Positions 49,595-61,869 are shown, counted from the stretch's first letter. The stretch: 64,000 bases of DNA from Octopus sinensis (GCF_006345805.1 NC_043012.1:30256001-30320000); one strand, 5' to 3'. A program made the numbers and translations. Notes: generated by a model not told the origin, from the letters alone.

Positions 49595-50810
49595 AGATGG
49601 TTGGTGATAGCTCGCTGGATCTCCTGGCTTAGGTCGGCCTTCATATTTTCTAGGTATGTCAGTAAAAAAGAGTTACTTGTTTGGTTTGCCACTTGGTCAG
49701 AGGATACATATTTCATGTTGGCGTTATTTGGTGTTTTTTCATGGTTCTGTCTACGTTGTTTGATTGTAGGAGGGGAAACGTGGTTGTATTTTGTTCTTGT
49801 TGTTGTCCTAGATTTCCTCTGTTCCTGTTTATATTTATTCTGTGATCGTTTTGTGCCCTTCAGATGGTGGTGGTTGCATTCTGGGTTCAGGCACATCCTT
49901 TGTGACACAGAAGTTTGGCACAGTTTAGGATGGAATAAGGTGCATCCATTGTCTTTTGTGCATCCGTATTTAGGATCAGAACCATGGATTCTGTATTTAG
50001 GACAGTATTTGGGGTGGAGGCGGGGGCAATTTTTTCCTGTTATACCATATGGACAGGTGCCCTTAACAAGTCTACGACATAAGGTAGGATGGGAAAAAGC
50101 ACAGCGTCCATTGTTGTTTGTGCCGCTGGGGCCAAATCTACAGTTGCCTTTAGAATAGTAACGGCAGGGGATTTTATGTGGTTGTAGTAGTGGTTTTTCT
50201 ATTCTGGCAGTAGTAGCAGTAGTGTTAGAAGCAAGTTGTTGATTTTGTGATAGTGGGTTCTGGCTTACCAGAATGTGGTCAAATCTGCCGCTGCCTTGAG
50301 AGTAGTAACGGCAGATAGTTTTATGTGGATGTAGTAGTGATTTTTCTATTTTGGCTGTAGCAGCCGTAGTAGAGTGTTGTTTTTGTTGTAGCAGCATTGA
50401 AACTTGACTTGTAGTAGTATTAGAGTGTTGTTGTTGTTGTTGTTTTTGTTGCTGTAGCGGCAGTGAAACTTGACTTGGTTCATCAGGTGCTGTTGCCAAT
50501 GGAAGTAGGTCAGTTGATTGTTGCTGTTGAAGTGACCCTGACCTGTTGGAATTTGGTCATTTGGTGTACTGGATTCATTGGCAAGAATGGCTTCTAGTGT
50601 AGCCATGTGTGCATGGAAAATAGGAAATATTCTAACAATTTCTTTTATTTTATTTTCGACCTGTTTTACAGATCTGTGAAAGGATTTTTTCGCTAAATCC
50701 TCAGTTATTTTACTGTAAACATTAGCTTCGTTGTGATGGATGAACCAAGCGTTAATCATTGCAGTAATTTCATTTTCAACCCAGCGGCGTTTTTGAATAT
50801 TATTGGCCAT
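49483..50810 (-). CDS. LINE ORF1: Myb/SANT-like domain + Q/T-rich linker + four CCCH zinc fingers (one frameshift near 50500-50557)
   Basis: ATG 50810: MANNIQKRRWVENEITAMINAW...VYSKITEDLAKKSFHRSVKQVENKIKEI. Fingers at 50166-49864 with spacings C7C12C3H, C7C8C3H, C13C5C3H, C8C4C3H. Overlaps the ORF2 start by 112 nt. Confidence 0.75.
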
Positions 50811-51374
50811 ATTCAGTGGGGTAGTGTTGTGTAATATATATATGTATGTGTATGCGTGTATATGTATATGTACACCAGTTATTGATGGCTTGAATACACC
50901 GTTGAAAAGTTTGTGTCGATATACTCGGTAAATAGTGAATACACCGTTGAAAAGTTTGTGTCGATATACTCGGAAATGCGTGGCTTGTGTGTGGGAGAGT
51001 TCAGTGTAATTAGTACAATCAGGATGAGCAGTGTGTTTAATGCAAATCAAGAAAAAAGAAAGAAGAATTGTACTCACGGAACTAGTTTTAGAACTAGTCT
51101 TGGGTTTAGTTTTGGGTTATGTTTCTTTCTCCAGGTTGTATATCGATTTGTATAAATTTATCCTCCGATGGTAGTATAGTAGGATTGTAGAGTTCAAAAG
51201 TTTTGAGATTAAAAACAAGGAGAGTTTATGTTGGCTTGAGTTGAGTTGAATTGAATTGAGTTGAAATATGCTTCTTTGGTTACTGACGGGAGCTATGAAA
51301 AGTGACGGGAGCTATAAAAAGTACGTCTTGTCACGACGAATCTCTTGTCATATATATATATATATATACTGTCT

Positions 51375-51491
51375 AAAACAGTCTGATTCGGATTGCGTGC
51401 TAGTTCAAGTTTTGGAAGCCGCTAACGGAGCCTGTCTCCTCTGGTTGGTGGGAGATCTGAAACTTGCACGGAAACCGAATCAAACTGTTTT
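51375..51491. mobile_element. Small MITE-like element with imperfect ~30-bp TIRs
   Basis: AAAACAGTCTGATTCGGATTGCGTGC versus GCACGGAAACCGAATCAAACTGTTTT. Confidence 0.6.
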
Positions 51492-51589
51492 GAATAATAC
51501 ATGGAATTCCCAATGATTGTGCTGAGTACCCTTTCTTTCGTTTGACAACTCACTAATATATATATCATATATATACATCACATATAATA

Positions 51590-51749
51590 ATAATAAAATG
51601 TGCTGTTTATCTTGATATGAGATTACCATGTCGCACACATATGGTTGTGATGCATGTGCCTGGTGTACCCTTATCAGACGAGTAGTCATGATGGGCTTCG
51701 TATATTTTACTCCTGTGTCACTTTGATGGCATGCACTGCTCTCTCACTC

Positions 51750-51752
<3 letters not shown>
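51590..51752 (-). mobile_element. Repeat family B, partial
   Basis: Matches 24700-24856; ends in (AAT)n. Confidence 0.85.
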
Positions 51753-51822
<70 letters not shown>

Positions 51823-52795
51823 TAATTATAAAGTAGCAACTAAAGAACGAGACCTCGATATTAGATAAATAGAGGATTATTTAAATATACGTTATTATTG
51901 AGAACAAACAGTAGAAGGTTGTCATTATAGTACTCGGAGTTTCGAATGTCAGAGCGAAGAGCTGCGATAAATTCTCGTCGGCTATTAACGGCAACAGATG
52001 CTATGAAAAACCGTTGAATAAAAGGAAAGATACTTTAATACGCATAAAAAGTAATCCCTTGATCCATCGCGGTTCACCTATCGCGGTTTATTATTTAAGC
52101 TTACGTCGATCCCAACGATGTGTTGTTTGCATTTATAATAAAATAAATATATACAACTTACAAAAAAATATATACAGTACAGTACTGTTTCTACTTCGTG
52201 GATTTTCACCTATTGCAGGGGTTTTTAGAACGTAACACCCGCGATAGTCGAGGTATTACTGTACACACACACACACATATATATATACATATATATGTAT
52301 GTTTGTGTGTGTACGCTTGTATATATTTATGTATGTATGTATGTATGTATGTATGTATGTATGTATGTGTGAGTGTGTGTGTATGTGTGTGTGTGTTTGT
52401 ATAAACACACACACATGTATACATATGCGTGAGTATATGTGTATATACGAACAACGCATTATTCGAAATGAGAAAAAGAAATAAAAACAAAATACAAAAC
52501 AGAAAAGAAAAAGAAAATCATTTTGCTTAATTGAGTACTTAAGCTATTAATTTGCTTTAATAGGTTCGGAAGTGCCAATGGATAGGAGGCTATCAAAGTA
52601 CCCACCTCATTAAAAGACACATTGCTTGAGACTTGGCGTTGAAAAGAGCAGATTTTACCGAATTCTACGAAGGAATTTGGTCGGAAGCATATTTTAGTCA
52701 TTAAAATGAAATCTCACAGAATGAAACCAGCTTAATGACATTCATAAAACATAATATCGCGAAAGCTGATGCTGTTGCTGTCGCTACTGCTACTG

Positions 52796-52831
<36 letters not shown>

Positions 52832-52864
52832 ACTACTACTACTACTACTACTATTCTCACCACA

Positions 52865-53215
52865 TAGCATGTCCCGGTAACAACAGGATCAAAGAGAAAG
52901 AAGAAAATTGAACAACTATGACGATTTGAAGTGGGAAATATGAAGGTTGTGGTTAATGAAGAGAGTAGAAGTGATACGAATAGTAATTGGTGTACTTGGA
53001 AGTATCAGCACTGAACTACGAACATGATTGAAAGAGATCGGTGCAAGTGTGAAGGTAGAATACTTACGAAAATCAGTATTGTTTGAAACTGCAAGAATTC
53101 ATGGCAGGGTTCTTGAAGCATGAAGTAAAACAAGTATCGCGTTGGTCTGCTATCTGTGGACAGCTGATACTTCCCATCATACCCAGCAAAATAAGCTGTG
53201 AGTTTTCAAAATATA
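52865..53215 (+). mobile_element. Decayed Dong/R4 3' fragment
   Basis: ACPGNNRIKEKE...YDDLKWEI.RLW.MKRVEVI.IVIGVLGSIS. Confidence 0.7.
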
Positions 53216-53224
53216 ATAAAGATA

Positions 53225-53441
53225 ATTCTTTCTAGTAAAGGCACAAGACCTGAAATTCTGGGGGAGGTGGCTAGTCGACTTCATCGACCCCATTGTTTCA
53301 CTGGTACTTATTCCACCGACCCCGAAAAGATGAAAGGCAAAGTCGACCTCGGCAGAATTTGAACTCAGAACTTAAAGACGGACGAAATAACACTACGCAT
53401 TTCGCCCGGCATGCTAACAGTTCTGCCAGCTCGCCGCCTTC
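53225..53441 (-). mobile_element. SINE family A
   Basis: Full reverse complement ending TTCTGCCAGCTCGCCGCC. Confidence 0.9.
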
Positions 53442-53513
<72 letters not shown>

Positions 53514-53516
<3 letters not shown>

Positions 53517-54849
53517 TTGAACTGGAATATGAGTGAAGTAAAGAATATAGATAGAAAAATACGCAAGCTGCTGAGTTGTAATAGGATGCACCACCCAAAG
53601 GCAGACGTAGATCGCCTTTACCTTCCCAGAGCCCAAGGAGGTCGAGGCCTGATCCAATTTGAACTAGCTTACAAAACAACCACAATTGGACTGGCCAAAT
53701 ATCTCGAAATATCGAATGACTGGATGCTAAAGCTCGTGGAAAATCACGAGAGACGAAAGAAGCTTCATTCTATCATCAAGGAAAGCAAAAAATTTGCTAT
53801 TGATCTCGTGCAGGATACCCAAACTGAACAACCCGAGGGAAGTACGGCAACTATTGTTGCAAAGAAGGTGAAAATGATGGCAATGAAAAAAGCGCACGAG
53901 CAATTGGCTGATAGGTGGGAGGAGAAACCTCTGCACGGCAAATATGTGACCCGCAGCAAACAAGCTGATGTTGACCAGAAGCAAACCCATCAGTGGCTGC
54001 GGAGCTCAGGGCTAAAAGCAGAGAGCGAAGGTTTCATCCTGGCTGCTCAAGACCAAAGCCTATCAACCCGGAACTACCAGGCCAATGTGATGAAAAATGG
54101 AGCAGACCCAAAATGCCGATTCTGCAACGACATGATTGAAACAGTGGACCACCTAATCTCTGGATGTAAAGTCTTAGCACCAGTGGAGTATAAATTAAGA
54201 CATGACAGAGTTGGCCAATATCTCCACTGGCTAATAAGTCGGCATTACAATATCAAAACTGCCGACAAGTGGTATAATCACCACCCTGAGGCTGTAACTG
54301 AAGGAGAAAATGTAACCATTCTGTGGGACTTTCCAGTACATACAGACCGAACCATCAAGGCCAATAAACCAGATATTGTTGTGAAAGACCAAAACAAAAA
54401 GTTTGCTTATTGATCGACATGAGCATCCCCTGTGATCATAATATCTCAGCGAAAGAGTTTGACAAGCTCAGAAAATATAAAGACCTACTCATTGAAATTG
54501 AGAAAATGTGGCATCTCAAGGCGGTTACAATACCAGTGATCGTAGGAGCACTAGGAATGATCAAGAAGGGAACCGAAAATGATATGAGAATGATCTCTGG
54601 CTTACCATCCCTGCAAGAAGTGCAAAAGATTGTCTTAACTGGTACATCACACGTATTGAGAAGAGCATTGTCGATGTGAGAACTGTTGCTGCTCATGCAT
54701 TTTAATTTAACTTTAAAAAAAAAAAAAAAAAAATGAACGAACTAGTGAGTTTAGTTTAATGGCCTACCAATATACAATGAGTTTCTTTGCCCTGAGTCGG
54801 GAAGACACTCGGCAAGAAATGGAAGAAACTTGAAAGAAGAAAAAAAAAA

Positions 54850-54850
<1 letters not shown>
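53514..54850 (+). mobile_element. 5'-truncated Dong/R4-clade retrotransposon embedded in (AAT)n
   Basis: ORF 53514-54679 with one frameshift near 54410: HHPKADVDRLYLPRAQGGRGL, CCHC CRFC...HLISGC, RHDRV, WD, KPDIVV..IDMSIP..K..KY.DL (PD-(D/E)xK nuclease). (AAT)n on both sides. Confidence 0.92.
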
Positions 54851-54900
<50 letters not shown>

Positions 54901-54902
<2 letters not shown>

Positions 54903-55200
54903 GAGAAAAGTTGATAAATATGGAGACATAAGAATTGAGATCGCTAAGAAGTGCAGCTACTAGAGTCGAATATAAAGGTTATCTTTATTGTCTTCGAGGC
55001 ATTGGGTTCAATACCACCCAATCTGAAAAAAAATCTGGAAACCTTAGAAATACCCTACAATCTAGATGTATGGCAAAAGTCAGCATTACTTGGAACTGCA
55101 CGTATATTGCGTAAAGTGCTGTCTGTCTGTGGTCCTTGTTGTGACTTGACAAAACAGTACAAACCACGGTAGGCACAATATCTTCAATCAACAACCTCAC
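54901..55200 (+). mobile_element. Dong/R4 extreme 3' fragment
   Basis: ALGSIPPNLKKNLETLEI...QKSALLGTARILRKVLSV; followed by (AAT)n. Confidence 0.75.
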
Positions 55201-55223
55201 AATATTGTATACTGAACGACGTC

Positions 55224-55302
<79 letters not shown>

Positions 55303-55310
55303 AATAATTA

Positions 55311-55408
<98 letters not shown>

Positions 55409-55427
55409 CATTATTATTATTATTATT

Positions 55428-55866
55428 GAGGCGGTGAGCTGGCAGAACCGTTAGCATGCCGGGCGAAATATTGCGGTATTTCGCCCGTCGATATGTTCCG
55501 AGTTCAAATTCAGTCAAAGTCAGCTTTGTCTTTCATCCTTTCGGCGTCGATAAATTAAGTACCATTCAAGTACTGGGTTCGATCTAATCGTATCCCCCTA
55601 CCAGGCTTTGTGTTTAGTAGAAAAGATTATTATTAATTATTATTATTATTATTATTATTATTAAATGTAGAATCCGGCAGAATCGTTAGCGCGCCGAACA
55701 AAATGCTCAATGGCACTTCATTTGTCTTTACGTTCTGAGTTCACATTGCGCTGATGTCAACTTGGCTTTCGGGTTTATAAAATAATTTCCTGTTGAACAA
55801 TAGGGTCGATGCTATAGACTTACTCCTTGTCTGAAATTGCTGGCACTGTGCCAAAATTTGAAATCG
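55428..55866 (+). mobile_element. Two SINE family A copies separated by (ATT)n
   Basis: GGCGGTGAGCTGGCAGAACCGTTAGC at 55430 and CCGGCAGAATCGTTAGC at ~55674. Confidence 0.85.
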
Positions 55867-55879
55867 TTATTATTGCTAA

Positions 55880-55922
<43 letters not shown>

Positions 55923-56065
55923 TTATTATTATTATTATTATTGACAATTATGAAGAAAACTTCATGAAAATTAATTAAAAATCAAATCAATTTAAGGATT
56001 AAGCTGTAAATCTACTTAAGACTATTTAAAATGTTTCTCAGTTATGGTAGTTGACGGCCATTTTA

Positions 56066-56144
<79 letters not shown>

Positions 56145-56426
56145 CATACATATTTATATATTGCATACATACGTAAATACTAATATATATATATATACAT
56201 ATATATATATAAATATACATACATACATGCATATATACATATATATATATACACATATATATATATATATGCATACATACATGCATATACACATATATGT
56301 ATATGCATGTATATATATATGTATACATATATACATATATATTTCATATGTATATATATATATATATGTATGGCTAAGGTCAAGGTTTAATATCTACTCC
56401 TAACAGTTTATATATATATACATACG

Positions 56427-56495
<69 letters not shown>

Positions 56496-56594
56496 AACTT
56501 ATGTATGTAATTATATATAGATAATATATATATATATTATATATTATATATACATATATATATATATATCTATATATATATATATATATATACC

Positions 56595-56632
<38 letters not shown>

Positions 56633-56790
56633 ATATATATAATATAATCTATATAAGTCAGTATTTATGTATGATGTATATATTATATATATATATATAT
56701 AGATATATAATATATATATATAATAGTATATATATATATATATAATATATAAGATAATATATAATATATACAATATATATATATATATAT

Positions 56791-56834
<44 letters not shown>

Positions 56835-57029
56835 TATAATAATATAGTATTGCGGTGGCATGGTGTCATTTGGTATTCATCAAAATCTTGTTATGTAGAT
56901 TTGCCGTAGAATTAATCCGTGAATAAGCGTGTGCGAGATATACGTGTGTTTACGGGTGTATGTACGCACAGATATATATGGAAACATACATAATTCGGTA
57001 GAATAAAAATTTATTCGTATTATTATTGA

Positions 57030-57226
57030 CAGGCGAAGACGTTGATGTATGGTAAGAAGTTGCCCTTGTGGCAAATTAAATGAAATAAAGAAGTTGCTTA
57101 CCAAACAAATGGTTCCGGGTTCAGTCCCACTGCGTGGCACCTTGGGCATGTGTCTTCTACTATAATCTCGGACCAAGCAAAGACTTGTGAGGGAAATTGA
57201 TGGACGGAAACTGAAAGAAGCCATCA
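57030..57226 (+). mobile_element. tRNA-derived SINE (family C)
   Basis: GGTAAGAAGTTGC...GGTTCCGGGTTCAGTCCCACTGCGTGGCACCTTGGGC...GACGGAAACTGAAAGAAGCC then (TA)n; a decayed relative lies near 59980-60140. Confidence 0.8.
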
Positions 57227-57284
57227 TATATATATATATATATAATATATATATATATAATATATATACATATATATATATATC

Positions 57285-57318
<34 letters not shown>

Positions 57319-57319
57319 C

Positions 57320-57366
<47 letters not shown>

Positions 57367-57374
57367 ATCATATA

Positions 57375-57460
<86 letters not shown>

Positions 57461-57686
57461 ATCTGTTCCTTAATTCAAATGCCCTATGAAGAAGAGTTTT
57501 ATTCTCGCATTTATTTAAAGACTGCATTTTAGCAATCCGATCAGAAACGGCCGTAAGATATGTTACATCACCGACTTTGTTATGTCATGCTTTGTATTTA
57601 TATATAAGCTATAAATATGATCCAATCGATATATATATATATGTGTGTATATATGTATACACACACACACACATACACCTATATGT

Positions 57687-58040
57687 GTGAAGGCGCATGG
57701 CTTAGTAGTTATCCATTCCTGCATTTAAGAATCGCGTATTTCAGCCTTCATGAGGTGGTGTATTCGATTCCTGGACCGGGCTGTGTATTGTGTACTTGAA
57801 CAAGACACTTTATGTATGTATATGTATATGTTTGTGTGTTTGTATTTGTTGCCCCACCACCACTTGACAACCAACGTTGGTGTGTTTACGTCCACGTAAC
57901 CTAGCTGTTCGGCCAAAGACCTCGATAAAATAAGTACTAGGCTTAAAAAGAATACGTTCTAGTGTTGATTTGTTCGACTAAAGGCGGTGCTCCAGCATGG
58001 CTGCAGTCAAATGGGTTGAAACAAATAAAAGAATAAAAGT
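57687..58040 (+). mobile_element. tRNA-derived SINE head plus SINE body/tail with LINE-like 3' end
   Basis: A box TGGCTTAGTAGTTA, B-box-like GTATTCGATTCC; tail GGCGGTGCTCCAGCATGGCTGCAG...GAAACAAATAAAAGAATAAAAG. Confidence 0.75.
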
Positions 58041-58272
58041 GACTTCGAAGTTTCGTCCACTTAAGCCACTGTCGGAATGCGGTCCGACGATGGCCAAAAG
58101 TTCGATCTCACTACCAATAAATTTCTTATGTATATATATATATACATATATATATATGGTAAATGAAAGGCGGAAGATGGAATATACTGGAATTTTTATT
58201 ATTAATCACGAGAATTGTCGACACATATACCATATACATTATGTATCCAGTATATATTATATTATATTATAA

Positions 58273-58327
<55 letters not shown>

Positions 58328-58358
58328 TGCCTACATGCACACAGATATTATGTATATG

Positions 58359-58398
<40 letters not shown>

Positions 58399-58420
58399 AT
58401 ATATATATATATATATATTA

Positions 58421-58467
<47 letters not shown>

Positions 58468-58661
58468 TACACACACAACACTTATATATATATATATATA
58501 CATACATACTTACACACACTTAGACACATATTTAGACGGTATATATATATCTATATATATTTAATATATATATATGTATATATATATATATATGTATATA
58601 TATAGTATATGTATATATATATATATATTATAGATATATAATATATATATATATATATATA

Positions 58662-58713
<52 letters not shown>

Positions 58714-59669
58714 GTGTTGTGTGGTATCCTTTTGTGGGTGGATGACTCTCATTACTTGTTCCTGTAGCAGAAACGATTATTACAACTTACTCCGCCATGA
58801 ATGTGATCATAATTTTTGATGTTCAGCATTTATCACCGTCGCCACCATTATCGACACCACCGTCACCTCTGCCATCTCCTCCACCACCACCACCACCACC
58901 ACCACCACCACCACCACCACCTCCTCCTCCTCCTCCTCCTCCTCCTCCTCCTCCTCCTCCATCATCATCATCATCATCATAATGATAATCATCATTATGA
59001 AAGTTAACTAATAACACTATTATTTCTTGTAGTAGTTGTAGTAGTAGTAGTAGTAGTTGTTGTTGTTGATGTAGTGGCAGTGGTAGTAGTTTAACAGTGA
59101 CGGTGACAGCGCTGGTGGTGGTATAGATGTTGATGTTTGTGTTGTTGGTGTTGGTGGTGATGGTGTCAGTGGCAGGAGGAGGTCTGCCGGATATGTCACC
59201 GATGGCAAGGAGACTCAGAAATTCATTGCAGGAACGGATTAAACGGAAATCTCCTTCAACTCTAATATATTTTATTCACAGTTAGATTGCGTCGATTGGA
59301 GGATTTCAACTTGCACCAGTCACACACGATATTCGTCCAGGTTGTTGTTGTTGTTGTTGTTGTTGTTGTTGATATTGTTGTTTTAGCCCCGGGTCATCCC
59401 TGAACACGTCAGACCTATGATCGAAATATTTCAGATACAAATATCCTTTTCTGCATTTAAGAATCGCATATTTAAGCCTTCATTGTCCATCGAATTCCCT
59501 CCTTTTTACATACAATGAAATGAAATTTGAAGGAGATTTGGCTCCTGTTTTTTTCTTTCACGTGATGTCGTCACGTGATCCAGCTAGGTCGTTCTCGCTG
59601 GTTTATCCCCAAATGTATTCAGATATCAGACGAAATTGTTGTTTAATATTCGTCGAACAATAAGGAGAC

Positions 59670-59872
59670 AAGGTGGCAGAAACGTTAGCACGCAGGGCAA
59701 AATGCTTGGCAGCACTTCGCCTAGCTTTACGTTCTGAGTTCAAATTCCACCCACGTCGATTTTGTCTTTCAACTTTGTCGATTTAAATAAATACCAGTTG
59801 GGTACTGGGGTTGATGTAATCGACTTGCTCTTTCCCCCGAAGTTGCTGGCCTTGTACCATAAAACCTGAAAT
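59670..59872 (+). mobile_element. SINE family A
   Basis: GGTGGCAGAAACGTTAGCACGC...TTCTGAGTTCAAATTCCACC. Confidence 0.85.
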
Positions 59873-60409
59873 CAATATTCATCGAAAGATGACTTATTTC
59901 ATTTATTTTCTTGACATGTACATGAAGCACCAATAAACGCCTTTTCTGTGCGGAGTCATCAGCGAAACGCCGCATTGTAGGCGTGACTCTATGTGGTTTA
60001 GAAGTGTTGCTGCCAGATGGATTCCAGGTTCTATCCCGCCACACAGCATAACACTGTTTTATTCTATGGTCACCATCCTGACTCAATTGAAGACTTATGA
60101 TTCGAAATCACGTTGATGGAAACGATGCAGAAACCTGCCACGTGTGTGTGTATGTGTGTGTGTATATATATGTGTATATGTGAGTGTGTGTGTGTGTGTG
60201 GTGTGTACATGCGCATACGTACATACATACATACATATCCATCAACTCGGGCTAATACGAACGAGCCTGGTAGGTGTAAAAGACTAACTGGCATCTCTTG
60301 TCAAGAGTACAGGCGACAGTCAGATCGCTAATGTTTGTAAATAACACACACACATACACACTCACACATGTACATCTTTCTCTCTCTTTCTCTTTCTCTG
60401 TGCGTGTGT

Positions 60410-60475
<66 letters not shown>

Positions 60476-60531
60476 AATATATATAATATAAGTTAATATA
60501 AACAGTAGTTTGCAATGTTGCAACCAAAAAG

Positions 60532-61018
60532 GAGAAATACAAATGTCATTAAATGTGATTAAGGTATTAGGAAACAGGTACATTGCTAGAAATAAGAGCT
60601 AAACCGCTCTAATTCACATGAAGAAAAAACCTATATACTAACATGGACCATAATCATCCGAAATTCTTGATACTGATGCGTCAGTTTCGGCAATTTCCAT
60701 TGCCTCATCAGTTAAATCCGCTCACCTTTTTGGTGAAAGATTGCAAACTGCTGTTCATATTAATTTTATATACACACACATTAGCAAATCACTAAATCAT
60801 CCAATTATTTGGATGAGGAAAGCATAAATACTAATGGCCAAGCGGCTGAGGAAAGAGCCGAACATTTAAGAATTCTCGATCGGCACTTTTCGGACGATTA
60901 TGGTCCCTGTTAGTGTATAAGTGCGTTAACTACAGCATTAGAACGGTTTAACCCTTATTTCTAGCACTGTAGGTGTTCCCTAACACCCCAGTCACTTTTA
61001 GTGACATTTGTATTTCTC
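60532..61018. mobile_element. Inverted-repeat cassette (~135-bp diverged arms) with divergent hammerhead motifs
   Basis: 60532-60663 is imperfectly complementary to 60886-61018. Intact minus-strand hammerhead at 60662-60720, decayed plus-strand counterpart CTGAGGA at 60846. Confidence 0.75.
60662..60720 (-). ncRNA. Type I hammerhead ribozyme with full stems II and III
   Basis: Minus: CTGATGA-GGCAAT GGAA ATTGCC-GAA-ACTGA CGCA TCAGT-A. Perfect core, 6-bp stem II, 5-bp stem III, GUA triplet (cut between 60671 and 60670). Stem I is weak. Confidence 0.75.
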
Positions 61019-61049
61019 TCTCTCTCTCTCTCTCTCTCTTCTATATATA

Positions 61050-61088
<39 letters not shown>

Positions 61089-61202
61089 ACACACACACAC
61101 ACATATATATAGATGGACAGAGAGAGGGAGAGTGTGTGTGTGTGGAGAGACTAACTCCCCAACATGCATACATACATACACACACATCATACATACATAC
61201 AT

Positions 61203-61257
<55 letters not shown>

Positions 61258-61836
61258 GCATACAGACAGACACTCACATACCTAGGTAGAGCATATCAAA
61301 TACTTGTTAGCGTAGAAATAGACAACTGATGACACATGGAAATTGCCTATGACGCCATTCTCTTAATAATCAGACGGCGCTTGTGCGAGATGGAAACATA
61401 TTTAATGCGTTCTAAATTATACAACCTCGGCTATTTAATCTACCATCCTTTTAAATACCGTTTTAAGTATATCTATATACGTGGGAAAACAATAACGCGA
61501 TACGAAATACCGCTCTCATATTCTGCCTTTAATTTGGCAAGAACCAGAAACGACCCCAGTTGTTTTTCCATAAACGTGTAGTTTCACCAGCGAAGTGGGT
61601 AGCGTTTATGTCATTTCCTGAAATATTTATTAAAAACACCCGCACAAGTCTTTTGGTTTTGTGCGTGGGTAAACTCGAGTGCAACGACATCAATATTAAA
61701 GATTTATCAAACTCGGGGACAGTGGGGGGCGCGGATAAGATGCATAGTTGACATGAGAGGGTTGAAATGTGGAACGTATGTTAATAATGTGGTTGTTGGT
61801 AGGGAAGAAGAGTTATACAGATTTATACATATGCGT

Positions 61837-61869
<33 letters not shown>

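Larger units (their letters stand above)
46466..51347 (-). mobile_element. Near full-length CR1/L2-like LINE (5' UTR, ORF1, ORF2, 3' stem-loop tail)
   Basis: ORF2 APE+RT 49594-46592. 3' UTR has a GACCAA-TCT-TTGGTC stem-loop and (ATCTAAGTTT)2 end next to (TA)n. ORF1 50810-49483. 5' UTR has short internal direct repeats and ends at (TA)n near 51347. Confidence 0.9.

Noticed and set aside
58797-59208. Poly-Pro/Glu/His/Gly ORFs
   Set aside because: Adjacent (CCA)n, (CCT)n, (CAT)n and (GTA)n triplet repeats; no splice or coding evidence.
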